NCBI RefSeq assembly: GCF_000143415.4
Contig: NW_003314286.1
Coordinates: forward strand, 79,826 to 143,825
Length of the DNA stretch: 64,000 bases
Reading direction: 5' to 3'
Source: Selaginella moellendorffii
Taxonomy: Eukaryota > Plantae > Lycopodiophyta
This document shows positions 40,226 to 51,719 of this stretch, piece after piece. Positions within the stretch are counted from its first letter, which is position 1, and every line of letters starts with the position of its first letter. Made by a program: the position numbers and the translations under genes. The notes beneath the pieces were generated by a model. It searched no databases, was not told the origin of the DNA, and was given only the letters and a program-made list of their open reading frames with translations.

Positions 40226-40376
40226 AGCTTAAACCCTAGCTCCCCGAACAAACCCTAAAAACAAAAATTCGCATTTCCCGCTCGGATCCAACGGTCACTT
40301 TTTGCACGAAATCAGACGCTTATCTCCGCGCCACGTGTTACTAACCCTGGGTTTTGAGAAGGTCGGTGTTTTCTCG
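40226..40376. promoter_or_regulatory. 151-bp bidirectional promoter (RAD51D/NDC1) with E2F site, telo-boxes and G-box
   Basis: TTTCCCGC at 40274-40281; AAACCCTA at 40231 and 40250; CACGTG at 40332-40337. Confidence 0.65.
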
Positions 40377-42196
40377 ATGACGAGCATGGATTCATCGTCT
40401 CTCACCTGGGAGCTCACAGGGAAGCGATGGATGCGCGTAGGGTTCTTCACGGCGGCTGTCACATTTGCGGTGTGGATTCTCTGGGAGATCGCTCTGCCGC
40501 AAGCATCCTGGGGTTCCTTGATCGCCGCCGCCTTCAGGTTCTTGCTCTTTCAGCTAGCGCAGCTCGTCTTCTTGCTAGGGCAGCGATTGGTAGTCCAGCC
40601 GGAGGACCCTAACTCGTCCTCCATCGCCGACACGCTGCTGGGAATGGTATTGCTGGGCAAGGCGGCATTGGGCTGGCCGCTAGACCCAGATTACACGTAT
40701 CTCGTCGTCCAGAGGATCCGGGTTTTGAGAAACAGTTTCGTTCTCGCTATCGCAACCATGGCCTCTGGATTCCTGTCGCTATGCGCACTCACGCTCTCAG
40801 TGAGATCGAAGAGCTCGTTCTTCATCGACATGGGTGTTCGTGGTGCCGCGCTGGGGCTGTGCTACATTTTTCTCTACACTTGGGGGAAGGGCCATTTGCT
40901 CAAGTTTCCGATCATCCAGGTTCGAGGGAAAAACACTTGTTTTTGATACTTCTTTCGCTCACAAACTCTTTTTCGTGTTGTTTTTGTGTTCTCAGAGACA
41001 AGTTTACTTCAGTATGAAACTGGGGATGACTTTGGCATTGCGCTCGGCACTTAGAATGGCAGTGCTCTCCATTCCAGTCGCGGAGGTCCTCGTAAGATCC
41101 TTGCACCGATGTCTTGCTGGTAACTGGGGGCCCTTCTCTTTGTGGCACCAAGTCATCTATGTTGTCGGAGCGTTCTTTGTCGCTCTGATCTGGAACTTGT
41201 GCTGCCACTTTATCCAGGTATGCATGACGCGAGTCTTTTTGTGATCCGTTTTGTTGATATGTGTGTTTGTGATTCTTCAGGTGATTCACACGAGACGGTT
41301 CGTGTTTGCGCCACCCCCGGGATCAGCTGCAGCCGAGACTAATCCGACAGAGCCGCTTCTTTCGGTTTTGGAAGACGACGAGGACTTGATCAGGCAGTAC
41401 CTTGGATTCCTGGACCTGTTCATCCTATCAGGAGTCTCCGAGATAAATGTTGAGGCCTGGCGGCGAGCGGCATTCTTCGAAGAAAGCGGTGAAGCTTACA
41501 AGAAGGTCATCACGCTCTGTCTGCGACCACTTGACAGGCTTACAGTGAGGCTCCTGAAGGGTCTGGAAAGTGCGCAAGTAGGTGGTACCAAAGATCACAT
41601 ACCGGGTGCTGAACAAGGTGTGCATGCCAAGGAGAACTTTCAAGAATTGCAAGTAAGTAGCATGTTTTTTCAGACTGAATTGTACTCATCAGCTCCATGC
41701 TTGGCAGCTTTGCTCGTGGTGTGCGGGCATTGTGTCTTCGCTGACGGCATTCTCACGCACCGAAGACCGATATGGCGTTGCGCAGCTAACTGGCTCCAAT
41801 GCGGCGGTACTGGCATCGCTCATATCCTGTCTGCTTATCCTGGACGTCTACCTGGGACGTCGTAGTGGTTTCGGAGCTTTGAGCCTCGTCAGCCCGAACG
41901 GGATCCGGTGGGCCGTGCCGTTCCGAGGAGCTCTGCTGGACGCGGATAGGAAGCAAAGCGCTCTTTTCAAGAAGAAGTCTCTCCAGCACAGGAAAGCACA
42001 CGTAATGGCGGATGTTCTTCGGACAGCAATCTACAGGATCGTGGCAGTTTTCAGGGAGGAGATGGTAGTGACTGGCTCTGGCACCGTCTCGTATGCTCTC
42101 GCGGAACGAGACTGGCTGAGTAGGAACAAGCCTCTCTTTGGGACACCCGAGATGCACCTCCAGAAGCTGGGACAGTTTATAGAGTTCCAGGAGTAG
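40377..42196 (+). CDS. NDC1: Nucleoporin NDC1-like membrane protein, multi-exon
   Basis: Several TM helices, then [62 protein letters not shown]. Confidence 0.8.
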
Positions 42197-42325
42197 GATG
42201 GAAGAAGACACAGTTTTGACGGGATTTGGTAATGTTGCGGTTTAGATGTATCAACAGGGTTGTGAGGAGAGCTTCCTCGACTTGTTAGAAGGTTCGTCTT
42301 TCTTTTTTCTTTCTACACTTGTGTT

Positions 42326-43054
42326 TTATGCGCTGATCGGAGCTCTTGGTGGTGCAGCTGAGTCGGGATCACTCGTTTGATAGCTATAAGGTGGCGCTTC
42401 GCTTTGGAGCTGCATCACCGACGTCATGACTTGCGCGAGCTCCGCCTGCGTGTGGTTGAGCTCCAGCATATGGGACAGGACAGAGTTGAAGGACTGGAGC
42501 GTCTCCTGGACGCTCTGGAGCGTGCTGAGGTTGTCCTTGCTGCCGGACTGGGACTGGATCGCCTCGAGACCCTCCACCAGGGACAGTGCCTCGATCACTT
42601 GGAGCTGGGTCTGATTGAGATCGGGGAAGGACAGGGATTCTCGGATGCTCTGGAGCTGCTGCTGGGTCTCCTGGATGGCTTCACGCAGGTCAATGAGCAT
42701 ATCTCTAGTGAGGACGCCAGTGTTGTCACCACTCCCCGAAGGTTGATCACCACTGCTGCCACTTCCGCCGCCGCCGTTGTCACCACCACCACCACTACCG
42801 CCACCTCCTCCACCTCCTCCTCCGCCAGGTCCGCCACCACCGCCAGGACCATTTGGACCTCTCGGATCCGTCACATTTGAAGAAGATCCACGAGAACCAC
42901 CTGGAAACAAAAGCAAGCACCAGATCGAGTTGGAAAGGTAAAAGATCGAGCTCTCACTTTCGGTGGTATTTTCGCCAAGACAACTTCTCCAGTGGATGGA
43001 ATGGAGCAGCAGGAGCACCAGCAGCAGTAGCTGGAAATTCGAAGCCGTGATCAT
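42326..43054 (-). CDS. Secreted Gly-rich/helical protein A (unknown family); intron 42901-42957
   Basis: Signal MITASNFQLLLLVLLLLHSIHWRSCLG; DPRGPNGPGGGG...DQPSG; helical DMLIDLREAI...LAQVMTSVMQLQSE; TATA near 43110. Confidence 0.85.
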   Translation of the reverse strand: MITASNFQLLLLVLLLLHSIHWRSCLGENTTESESSIFYLSNSIWCLLLFPGGSRGSSSNVTDPRGPNGPGGGGGPGGGGGGGGGGSGGGGDNGGGGSGSSGDQPSGSGDNTGVLTRDMLIDLREAIQETQQQLQSIRESLSFPDLNQTQLQVIEALSLVEGLEAIQSQSGSKDNLSTLQSVQETLQSFNSVLSHMLELNHTQAELAQVMTSVMQLQSEAPPYSYQTSDPDSAAPPRAPISA

Positions 43055-43284
43055 CCTGAGAGATTGGCAGTAGCAGGCATGAGACTCGAAGTGGGCCAAA
43101 GTTTCATCCATATATAAGACTGGTCGAGGAAGCGTGTCTTTCTCGATCCAAATTTTGTGGAACATGTCCTTTGGGTTGTCTTGCCAGTACTGGAGTGCCT
43201 TTCTCGTGAAAGCACACACTTCTTTCTAAAGTCAAACTCGTCAGACTATAGTCAACTTAAGTCAAATCGTATAAGAAATCTACT

Positions 43285-43974
43285 CTAGATTCCTAGGGGC
43301 GGCGCCGCTCTTGGCGAGGAGGCTCGATCCGGGTCGCGGGCCTGGAAGCTAGCGGGCGGCGTATCGCTCTGGAGCTCGATGATCGAGGCCATGACCTGGG
43401 CGAGATCTTCCTGCGTCTGGTTGAGCCCCAGCATCAGGGAGAGGACATTGTTGAAGTACTCGAGAGTCTCCTGGATGGCCTTGAGCGTGTTCAAGCTGTT
43501 CTTGCTGCTTGCCTGGAGATCCTCAAGCCCCTCCACCAGCGACAGCGCCTCCACGACCTGGAGCTGGGTGGCATTCAAGGTCGGGAAGGAGAGCGACTGC
43601 CGGATGCTCTGGAGCTGCTCCTGGGCCTCCCCGATCGCGTCGCGGAGATCGATGAGCATGTCCATGTTGAGGATCCCGTTCTCGTCACCTGATGGTTGAC
43701 CACCACCACCACCACCACCACCACCACCGGCACCCCCACCTCCCGGTTGACCGCCGCCGCCGCCAGGACCATTCGGACCTCCCGGGCCTCTTGGATCAGT
43801 CATGTTGGAGGAACCACCTATGAAGAACCCAAGAAATCGATGTCACCAAAGAAATGTATGGTGGTTTTTACCATTCTGGGTGGTGGAGTTTGTGCTGCTA
43901 CTAGCGTTTCCCGAGTGGATCCAGTGGGCGAGCAGCAGTAGCAGGAGACTGGACGTCCAAATCTTGAGAATCAT
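43285..43974 (-). CDS. Secreted Gly-rich/helical protein B, tandem paralog of A; intron 43818-43871
   Basis: Signal MILKIWTSSLLLLLLAHWIHSG; DPRGPGGPNGPGGGG...GQPSG; helical domain highly similar to A. Confidence 0.85.
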
Positions 43975-44235
43975 CGCAAAGAAATGCTTGGGCGAATGTG
44001 TTTGAGGGCGTGAGTTTCTTATACCGGGGAATGGATGCAATCATAGAGCATGTCCTTTGGGTTGCCAAGCTAATCACTGAATCATTGATCCACATAGAAC
44101 GTCTCCGTGAATCCCAGCGAATATACTCCATGTAGCCCTAATTTTGACCACGTTTGAATACTCCATAAACCCTAATTTGACTATGTTTGACTTGATGAAT
44201 ATTCGAAGGATATAGGTTTTGGGTTTGTGTCGGCT

Positions 44236-46077
44236 ATGGCGGTGGTGGGAGCGCTACTGCTCGTGGCGGCGGCGGTGGTCTTGTTCCTGGCGCGGCGCTG
44301 GGAGTGCAAGCGGGCGATCGCATTCTTCCATCCCTACACCAACGATGGGGGCGGCGGTGAGCGCGTCCTGTGGTGCGCCGTCCGGGCCGTCCAGGAGATG
44401 TTTTCCGATGTCCCTTGCGCGATCTACACTGGGGATGAGGCTACGCCCTCGTCACTGGCAGCTCGAGCATGGGAGAAATTCGGTGTCAAGCTCCATTCGC
44501 CTCCTCAGGTAAAATTCTCTCTAGTTCTTAGTTGTTGTTAGCTCGGTAAAATTCTTCTAGTTCTTCTTGATGTGGTCGATCTCATGCCTGGATCTTCTAG
44601 TCCATTCGTGAGTCTAGATGAGTGAGCATTCTCTTTGTCACGAACGAAGTTTGCGTGAGAGTCGATAAGCATGCCTGGAACTTTTAGCTCTGATCGATCG
44701 TGATTCTTTCTACAGGTTGTGAAACTGCGAACCAGGAATCTGGTTGATCCATCGAACTATCCACACTTCACACTTCTCTGCCAGTCTTTGGGCTCCATAG
44801 TTCTTGGATTGGAAGCACTCGTGAGGCTCAGGCCAGTCTTGTTCTTCGACACAAGCGGCTATGCCTTCACTTATCCCCTCGCAAGGCTCTTTGGCTGCAA
44901 GGTGGCGTGCTACACTCACTACCCGACCATCAGCTCCGACATGGTGTCGCGAGTTTCCAATCGCTCGTCGCTCTACAACAACAGTGGAGTTATCGCGCGC
45001 AGGCAAGTATCGTGTTGAACGTTGGCGTGTTTCTTTTCGTAGTGACTTCGTGCGTTTTCCAGCTTTTTGTTATCAACTGGGAAGATTGTTTACTACGAAT
45101 TGATGGCCTTGATGTATGGACTAGCAGGGAGATGTGCTAATCTGGCGATGGTGAACTCGTCCTGGACACTATCCCACATAGAGAAGTTGTGGAAGGGAGC
45201 ACGGATTGTGCGAGTTTATCCTCCGTGCAACACCGAGTCATTGCAGGTATGGAAGAGATCTTCTTACGTTTTCCTCTACTTGATAGAGGCATCCATCTTT
45301 TCTTCAGGAACTTCCGCTGGAGAGGAGCGAGCGTGAGCTTTATTTCATATCGGTCGCCCAGTTCCGTCCAGAGAAGGTAAATCCTCCCTTCTCTTCTGGT
45401 GCATCTCCTGACGCTTTCGTTTTCTGGAAGAACCACGACCTTCAAGTGGAAGCTTTCGCTATGGCCCTCGAGAAAGTTAGTGCTGAGAAACGTCCCAGGC
45501 TCAAGCTTGTGGGAAGCTGCCGAAATGAAGAGGACGCGAAGAGGCTGTCGGATCTAAAGTCTCTGTGCGCCAAGTTTGGAATCCAAGATCACGTGGACTT
45601 CCATGAGAATATATCTTACACGTAAGTCTTTTTTGGAGAAGTTTGCTCGCGACGCTCATCAGTTGTCTCTCCAGCGCGTTGCGAGACTTGCTTGGAGGGG
45701 CCATAGCAGGCATCCACTTCATGATCGACGAGCACTTCGGGATCAGCGTTGTGGAATACATGGCAGCAGGAGCGATCCCAATCGGTACGTTGTGCTCGTT
45801 CAGTTTCTAGCAAAAGGTCTTGAGTTCTCGGCAATTTGCAGCTCACAACTCCGCCGGTCCAAGGATGGATATTGTGGTGGACGAAGATGGCGGCCAGAAA
45901 ACCGGTTTCCTCGCAGCAACAGTCCCGGAGCTCGCGAGCAAAATGGTCGAAGTGCTCTCCATGGTAAGCTCAGAGCGCCTGGAAATCGCCAAGGCTGCTC
46001 GGAGGCGATGCCACAGATTTTCCGAGAGGCAATTCAACGACAGCTTCAAGCAAGCCATGACGATGTTCCATCTCTAG
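44236..46077 (+). CDS. ALG11: Alpha-1,2-mannosyltransferase ALG11, multi-exon
   Basis: [84 protein letters not shown]. Confidence 0.95.
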
Positions 46078-46183
46078 AGAAGCGCAGCTTGGCAGAGGAG
46101 AGGATTGGAAAAACATTGCATTACCAAAACTTACGAACGAGAAAAAGGAAAACTTAACAAGAGGTACCTCTTGTGTTCCTGGA

Positions 46184-47859
46184 CTACCTCACTGTTACAA
46201 TGTCGTCTATCTTGAGGATCATGCGGACGCACTCGGTCGCCAGGCTCACGGCGCTGGTGCTCACCAGCAGCGGCTGCACCACATTCTCTTCCAGGATGTT
46301 TGTGATCTGGCCCTTCCTCACGTTGATCCCGGTGTTGACCTCTCCATTCGCGTGATGGTTGCGGAGCTCCGTCACGATGGTGATGGGATTCAGCCCCGCG
46401 TTCTCGGCTAGAGTGTAGGGGATCACCTCCAGAGCCTCCGCGAAAGCGCGCACGCAGTAGCTCTCCATCCCCTGTAAAGTTTTGGCCCACGCTCCAAGCT
46501 GTCTTGACACTTCGATCTCTGGAGCTCCACCACCTTGCCATCGAAGAAACATTAGTTCTCTGGAAATCTATCGCTCGAACGAAAGAAAACTACGCTCCTC
46601 GAGAAGAAACACTTACCAGCGATGAGGAAACGTTTGTTGACAAGGCACCGCACGACACAGAGAGCGTCGTGCAAGCTCCGCTCGGCTTCGTCGAGAACCA
46701 GCTGGTTCGATCCACGAACCAAGATGGTAGTCGTCCGGCCCATGTTTTTGATCCCGGATATCTTGACGATCCTCCCGTCGCCCACCGAGACCTCCTCCAC
46801 AAGCTCGGCCTGTCCCAGCTTCTCGGCTCGGAAGTGCTCGATGTTGGCGATGGGAAGACAGTTGAGCGTCTTGGAGATGAACTCGATCTCGTCCCTCTCC
46901 ACGTCTTTCACCACCAAGATCTTGGCCTTGGCAAGATAATGCAGCGACAGCTCCGTCACCGCGTCCCGGAGGATGCTCTTCTGGATGAGGAGAACGTTAC
47001 ACCCGGTGGCCTTGATCTTCTTTATCATTCCCAGGATGTGGTTCCTCTCCTCCTTGAGAATCCTGTCCATCTGCGTGTAGTCCGAGACGATGACGTTCTG
47101 CTCGATATCCGTCTTGGGTGGCGAGATCTGGAACTGGATCAAACCGATCTTCGCGTTCTCGACACGAGTCGGCCCACCGGCAGTGTGGCTCGCCTTCTTG
47201 TCGAAAACCAGCCCCTTGATCATCTCGGTGTCGTCCACGGTGCCACCGAGCTTCTTTATCACCTTAATATCTCGCAAGTCCACCGAGTCGGGCCTCGCCG
47301 GATCCACGACGTTGAGCACCGCGTCCACGGCCAGCGGCGCCAGCAGCGACGAGTACTGGCTCACCACCTTGCTGTTGAGCGACGTGCTCGCGTTCTTGAC
47401 GAGCGCCTCGCGGTCCGAGAGCTCCACCGGTATCGCCATGGACGTGAGCACCTCCACCGCCTTGAGTGACGCGCGGTGGAAGGCGTCCGAGATGATGGTC
47501 GGGTGGACGCCCTTGCCGAGGAGGGCGATGCACTGCTTGAGCAAGGCGCCGGCGATCACCACCACGGTGGTGGTTCCATCGCCCGCCACGATGTCCTGGC
47601 TCTTGGAGAGCTCCACCAGCATTTTGGCGGCGGGCTGGAGCACCTCCATCTTGAGGAGGATGGTGGCGCCGTCGTTGGTGATGATTACCTCGCCGCTGGA
47701 GGTGGAGAGCATCTTGTCCATGCCGCGCGGACCCAGGCTCGTCCGCACGGCGTCCGCCACGGCCTTGGCGGCCATGATGTTGGCCTGCCGCACGTCATCC
47801 TTGCGCTTGTTGTCCACGTACGTCTCTGTCTTACCGGAGATCATCGGCGCCTCTGGCAT
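46184..47859 (-). CDS. CCT4: T-complex protein 1 delta subunit, one intron (~46538-46616)
   Basis: [59 protein letters not shown]. Confidence 0.97.
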
Positions 47860-48074
47860 TATCGCGTCGCCGCCCTCGTCCTCGCGCCTAGCTCGCTCTC
47901 TTCTTGGAGCTCGAGGCTGCCCTAACCCTAGAACCCCGATCGCGATCGCGGCCGTTGATCGGGCGACCGCGGGATGTGCGCGGGATATTCGTGGTTTTAC
48001 CCGGCAATTTTTAGGGCGCGAGGGGGATTGCGCGAGGAGCACAGCGCCGCGGCTTTTGAGCTGTTTCGATCGGG

Positions 48075-49479
48075 ATGGGAGCCACGGGCTCCAAGCTCGA
48101 GAAGGCGCTGGGCGATCAGTTCCCGGAGGGTGAGCGCTATTTCGGCCTGGAGAATTTCGGCAATACTTGCTACTGCAATAGCGTATTACAGGTAAATCTC
48201 TTCCTTGCTCTTCTCTTCGAGTTTTTCCTTCCCTTTGAGTTCTTCCTCTGCTACAAAAATTTCTTTTTTGTGTGTCTTTAGGCATTGTACTTTTGCATCC
48301 CATTCAGGGACCAGCTGCTGGATTACTACGGTCGAATCAAGACGGTCGGAGAAGCCGAAGAGAATTTACTGACTTGCTTAGCGGATCTCTTCACACAGGT
48401 ATCTCGCTCAATCTGTTCCCAAGGTGATGTTTCAATCCTCCCTTTCCAGATAAACTCTCAAAAGAAGAAGACGGGTGTTATAGCTCCAAAGAGATTCGTG
48501 CAGAGGGTAAAGAAGCAGCACGAGCTCTTCCGGAGCTACATGCACCAGGTATTTTTCCATCCTCTCTGAAATAAGCACTCAAAACGAACAAAGCGCGCGA
48601 TACTTACAGGACGCACACGAGTTTCTAAACTTTTTGCTGAATCAACTAGTTGAAGCTCTGGAGAAGGAGGCCAAGTCGGACCCGACAGCCCCAGCATCCC
48701 CAGAGAAAAAGTCTAGCGATAATGGAGCAACTGGAGAAGAGCATCCGCTTACGTGGGTCCACAAAATCTTCCAGGTTTGCGACTTTGTCAAGCTTTTAGC
48801 TCCAGCTTACTCACTCAGTCATGAATCCACAGGGGTGTCTCACCAACGAGACGAGGTGCCTGCGCTGCGAGACGATAACAGCAAAGGACGAGAAGTTCCT
48901 CGATCTCAGCCTCGACATCGAGCAGAACAGCTCCGTCACAAGCTGCCTCCGCAACTTCAGCTCCACCGAGACGCTCATCGCCGATGACAAGTTCTTTTGC
49001 GACAAATGCTGCAGGTTTCTATCTCTTCCTTCTCCCCTCGCCGTAACACCCCGCTGGCTCGCAGCTTGCAGGAAGCGCAAAAGCGGATGAAGATCAAGAC
49101 GCAGCCTCGCATCCTCGCGCTCCACCTCAAGCGCTTCAAGTACATGGAACAGCTGGGCCGATACAAGAAGCTCTCGTACAGGGTGGTGTTCCCGCTGGAG
49201 CTGAAGCTGTGCAACACGGCCGAGGATGCTCCGGGGTCCGAGTCGGAGTACTCGCTGTTCGCAGTGGTGGTGCACGTAGGGAGCGGCCCCAACCACGGCC
49301 ACTACGTGAGCCTGGTCAAGAGCCACAACCACTGGCTGTTCTTCGACGACGAGAACGTAGAGATGATCGACGAGAGTTATGTGCAAACGTTCTTCGGCTC
49401 CACGCAGGAGTACTCCAACAACACAGACCACGGCTACATCCTCTTCTATGAGTGCCTGGATCCCGCAAAGGCATCGTGA
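48075..49479 (+). CDS. UBP3/4: Ubiquitin-specific protease UBP3/UBP4 (USP12/46-like), multi-exon
   Basis: [29 protein letters not shown] (Cys box), [26 protein letters not shown] (His box). Confidence 0.96.
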
Positions 49480-49690
49480 GAGAAGGGGGGTAAATTTTTT
49501 TCTCTCGTTTTTCTTCCTTCTTTTTTTGTTTCAAGATGATGACGATGATGGTATGTCCAAAGTTATTCCATGTTTTTGATCGCTAACAATGCCGACTACG
49601 ACCGTTGACTTATTTCGGGGAGACTAGAGTTAACTTATTTACTTTGACAAGCGTTGTCTTTATGGACTTATTTTCTTTGACAATCGATGA

Positions 49691-50467
49691 CTATGGTCCT
49701 CCACCGCCGGTGACCTCGCTCTCGAGCGTGGCGAGCGTGTTGACCGCGTCTGCGAGCTGCTGCTGGACTTGACTGGCGGCAAGCATGCACGACACTAGTT
49801 GACTGCTGCTGTTGAGCGCGCTCTGGACGTCTCCCAGGATGGTCAATTGCTGCTGACCGCTGGGTTGACCGCCCGGGCGGCCTCCCGGCCCCCCGGGGCC
49901 ATTGGGTCCGCCGCCAGGTCCACCAGGTCCACCGCCCGGGCCACCCGGGCCACCAGGTCCTCCAAGCCCGCCGCCACTGCTGCCATCGCTGCCGCTATCG
50001 CTCCCCTCTCGCGCCTCTGGAGCTTCCGCGATGGAAGATAGGCCGTAAGAGACCGAGGACGTGGGAGGCTTTGCCGAGGAGACGGTGGACGAGTTTGAAG
50101 ATTTCAGGGTGCTGTAGAGGAGCTGGTCGACCGTGTTCACTATGGACATGGCGCTGGCCAGCTGGTTTTGGGAGGCCTCGAGCGAGTCCAAGGAGATCAA
50201 GGAAGTGGCTTGCTGGAGCTCCACCATGGAGGCGTTGATCGCGCTCTGGAGCTCCTCGAGCATGTCCATCTCCTGCTCCTCGGTGCTCTCGCTGGAGACG
50301 TTGGAGAGAAGGAATCGGCGAGGCCCTCCTGTGAGATCGTAAAAACACCACGAATGTTTTTAGACCGTGAGAAACTCTATACCTCCAGGGGATCCATGTC
50401 CCGGAATGAGAAGCAGCGCCACTGCTAGAAGAAGGAGAAGAGCTCTCGCTGTGATCGGCGATGCCAT
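49691..50467 (-). CDS. Secreted Gly-rich/helical protein C; intron 50329-50382
   Basis: Signal MASPITARALLLLLAVALLLIPGHG; GPRRFLL; helical module 1; central (GPGG)n plus GQPSG; helical module 2; ends GGGGP. Confidence 0.85.
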
Positions 50468-50789
50468 GATACGCATCTCTGTTGTGTTTAGAAGAGTGAC
50501 ACCTCGCGGCTTTAAAGGCCAGAGTCATCCGGCTTCCAAGGGAGATGACACTAAACACACGCGATGCATGGGCGCTCCCAGCGCTCTCGCTCTCATCATT
50601 TGCAACGTAAAGATTTTGGTTCTTGGGTTTCTTGGGTTGACGTGAATTCACCTTACGTTATACCAAGAATATATCAGTATCTTTCGCAATTACACGAATC
50701 AAGATCATTTATTCTATGATGGTTTTTCTCATACAAATAAATGTTGGGAGAAGAAGTCGATTGACATGAGAAGGAGTGCTTGCTTGGAT

Positions 50790-51400
50790 CTATGGGCCTC
50801 CTCCAGGCCCAAACCCAGGGCCGCCTCCACCACCATTGTTGTTCAGCTGGAAGTAAGCCGCGAGCGTGGAGATCAAGTCCATGGCGGAGCCGAGCTGGGA
50901 GGCGGTGGTGTTGAGTGACGAGAGAGCCAATCCCACGCTCCCATCCTGCGACTGCACGTCGCTGAGGCCGGACAAGACCCCGATGGCGCCGGTCAGCTGC
51001 TCGTTGACCGTGGCGTTGAGCGCCGCCACCGAGTCCAGTGCCTGGTCAACGCTCTTCCGGAGCGAGCCCAGCGCGGAGACGAGCGACAGTGCCTGGTTAA
51101 CCTGCGTCTCCAGGCTGTTCAGGCTCGAGAAGCTCGTCACGGCCTGGGTGATTTGCGCCTGGGTGGCGTTGACCGCGCTCTGGACCTGGAGCAGCATCTG
51201 GAGTTCTTGGTTTTGGTCCTGGTTTCCACCGCCGCCGGGGCCGCGAGGGCCGTCTGGATCACCAACTTTTGGGGGAAACCACGAAAGCTTTGAGCAATGC
51301 TAGAGATCTAGAGAGGCTTGGGAGACTTACCGGGTTGCGCGAGCTTGGGAGCCGCGAGAAGCGTCGCGAGGAGGAGGACGAGGCTCATTTCCCTGGCCAT
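50790..51400 (-). CDS. Secreted Gly-rich/helical protein D; intron 51266-51330
   Basis: Signal MAREMSLVLLLATLLAAPKLA; GDPDGPRGPGGGG; helical MLLQVQSAVNATQAQ...; ends GGGGGPGFGPGGGP. Confidence 0.82.
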
Positions 51401-51719
51401 TCCTTTCGATTGGATCAAGAAGTGGAGCTTGGCGTGGAGATGGAGGAGTTCTTCTCGCGGATTTAAATGGGGGAGAGGCACTAAAGGCATGAATCTTTGC
51501 TGCCGCTTTCCAACGCGTCAAACCAAGGGTCATGATCGTTAGGAGGGGGAACACAAATGATGCTCGTAGACACACTCGAGCAATCACGTCAAGAGCTCCA
51601 CTCGAGTGATGAGTATCATCCAGAAACCAAGGAATTGCACTTCCATCCTGGAAGAACTTTTTAAACCCAACTTAAGAAACGTGAGGTTCTATGCTCTCTT
51701 AGGTAGGGTTGCAAAGGCT

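Noticed and set aside
42901-43219. 297-aa single-exon reading of gene A
   Set aside because: Includes a 57-nt in-frame intron matching the paralogs' intron position, plus promoter sequence upstream of the signal-peptide ATG.
46504-48133. Long + strand ORFs (321 and 347 aa) opposite CCT4, and similar shadow ORFs over the root-cap, HAK, UBP and FPP genes
   Set aside because: Antisense shadows of GC3-rich coding sequence; no recognisable motifs.
47860-48303. N-terminal extension of the 583-aa CCT4 ORF
   Set aside because: Open frame through the promoter and UBP exon 1; homology begins at MPEAP (47859).
49860-49975. Collagen-like interpretation of the Gly/Pro repeats
   Set aside because: Runs are GPGG/GGP with poly-Gly interruptions and too short for a sustained Gly-X-Y triple helix.
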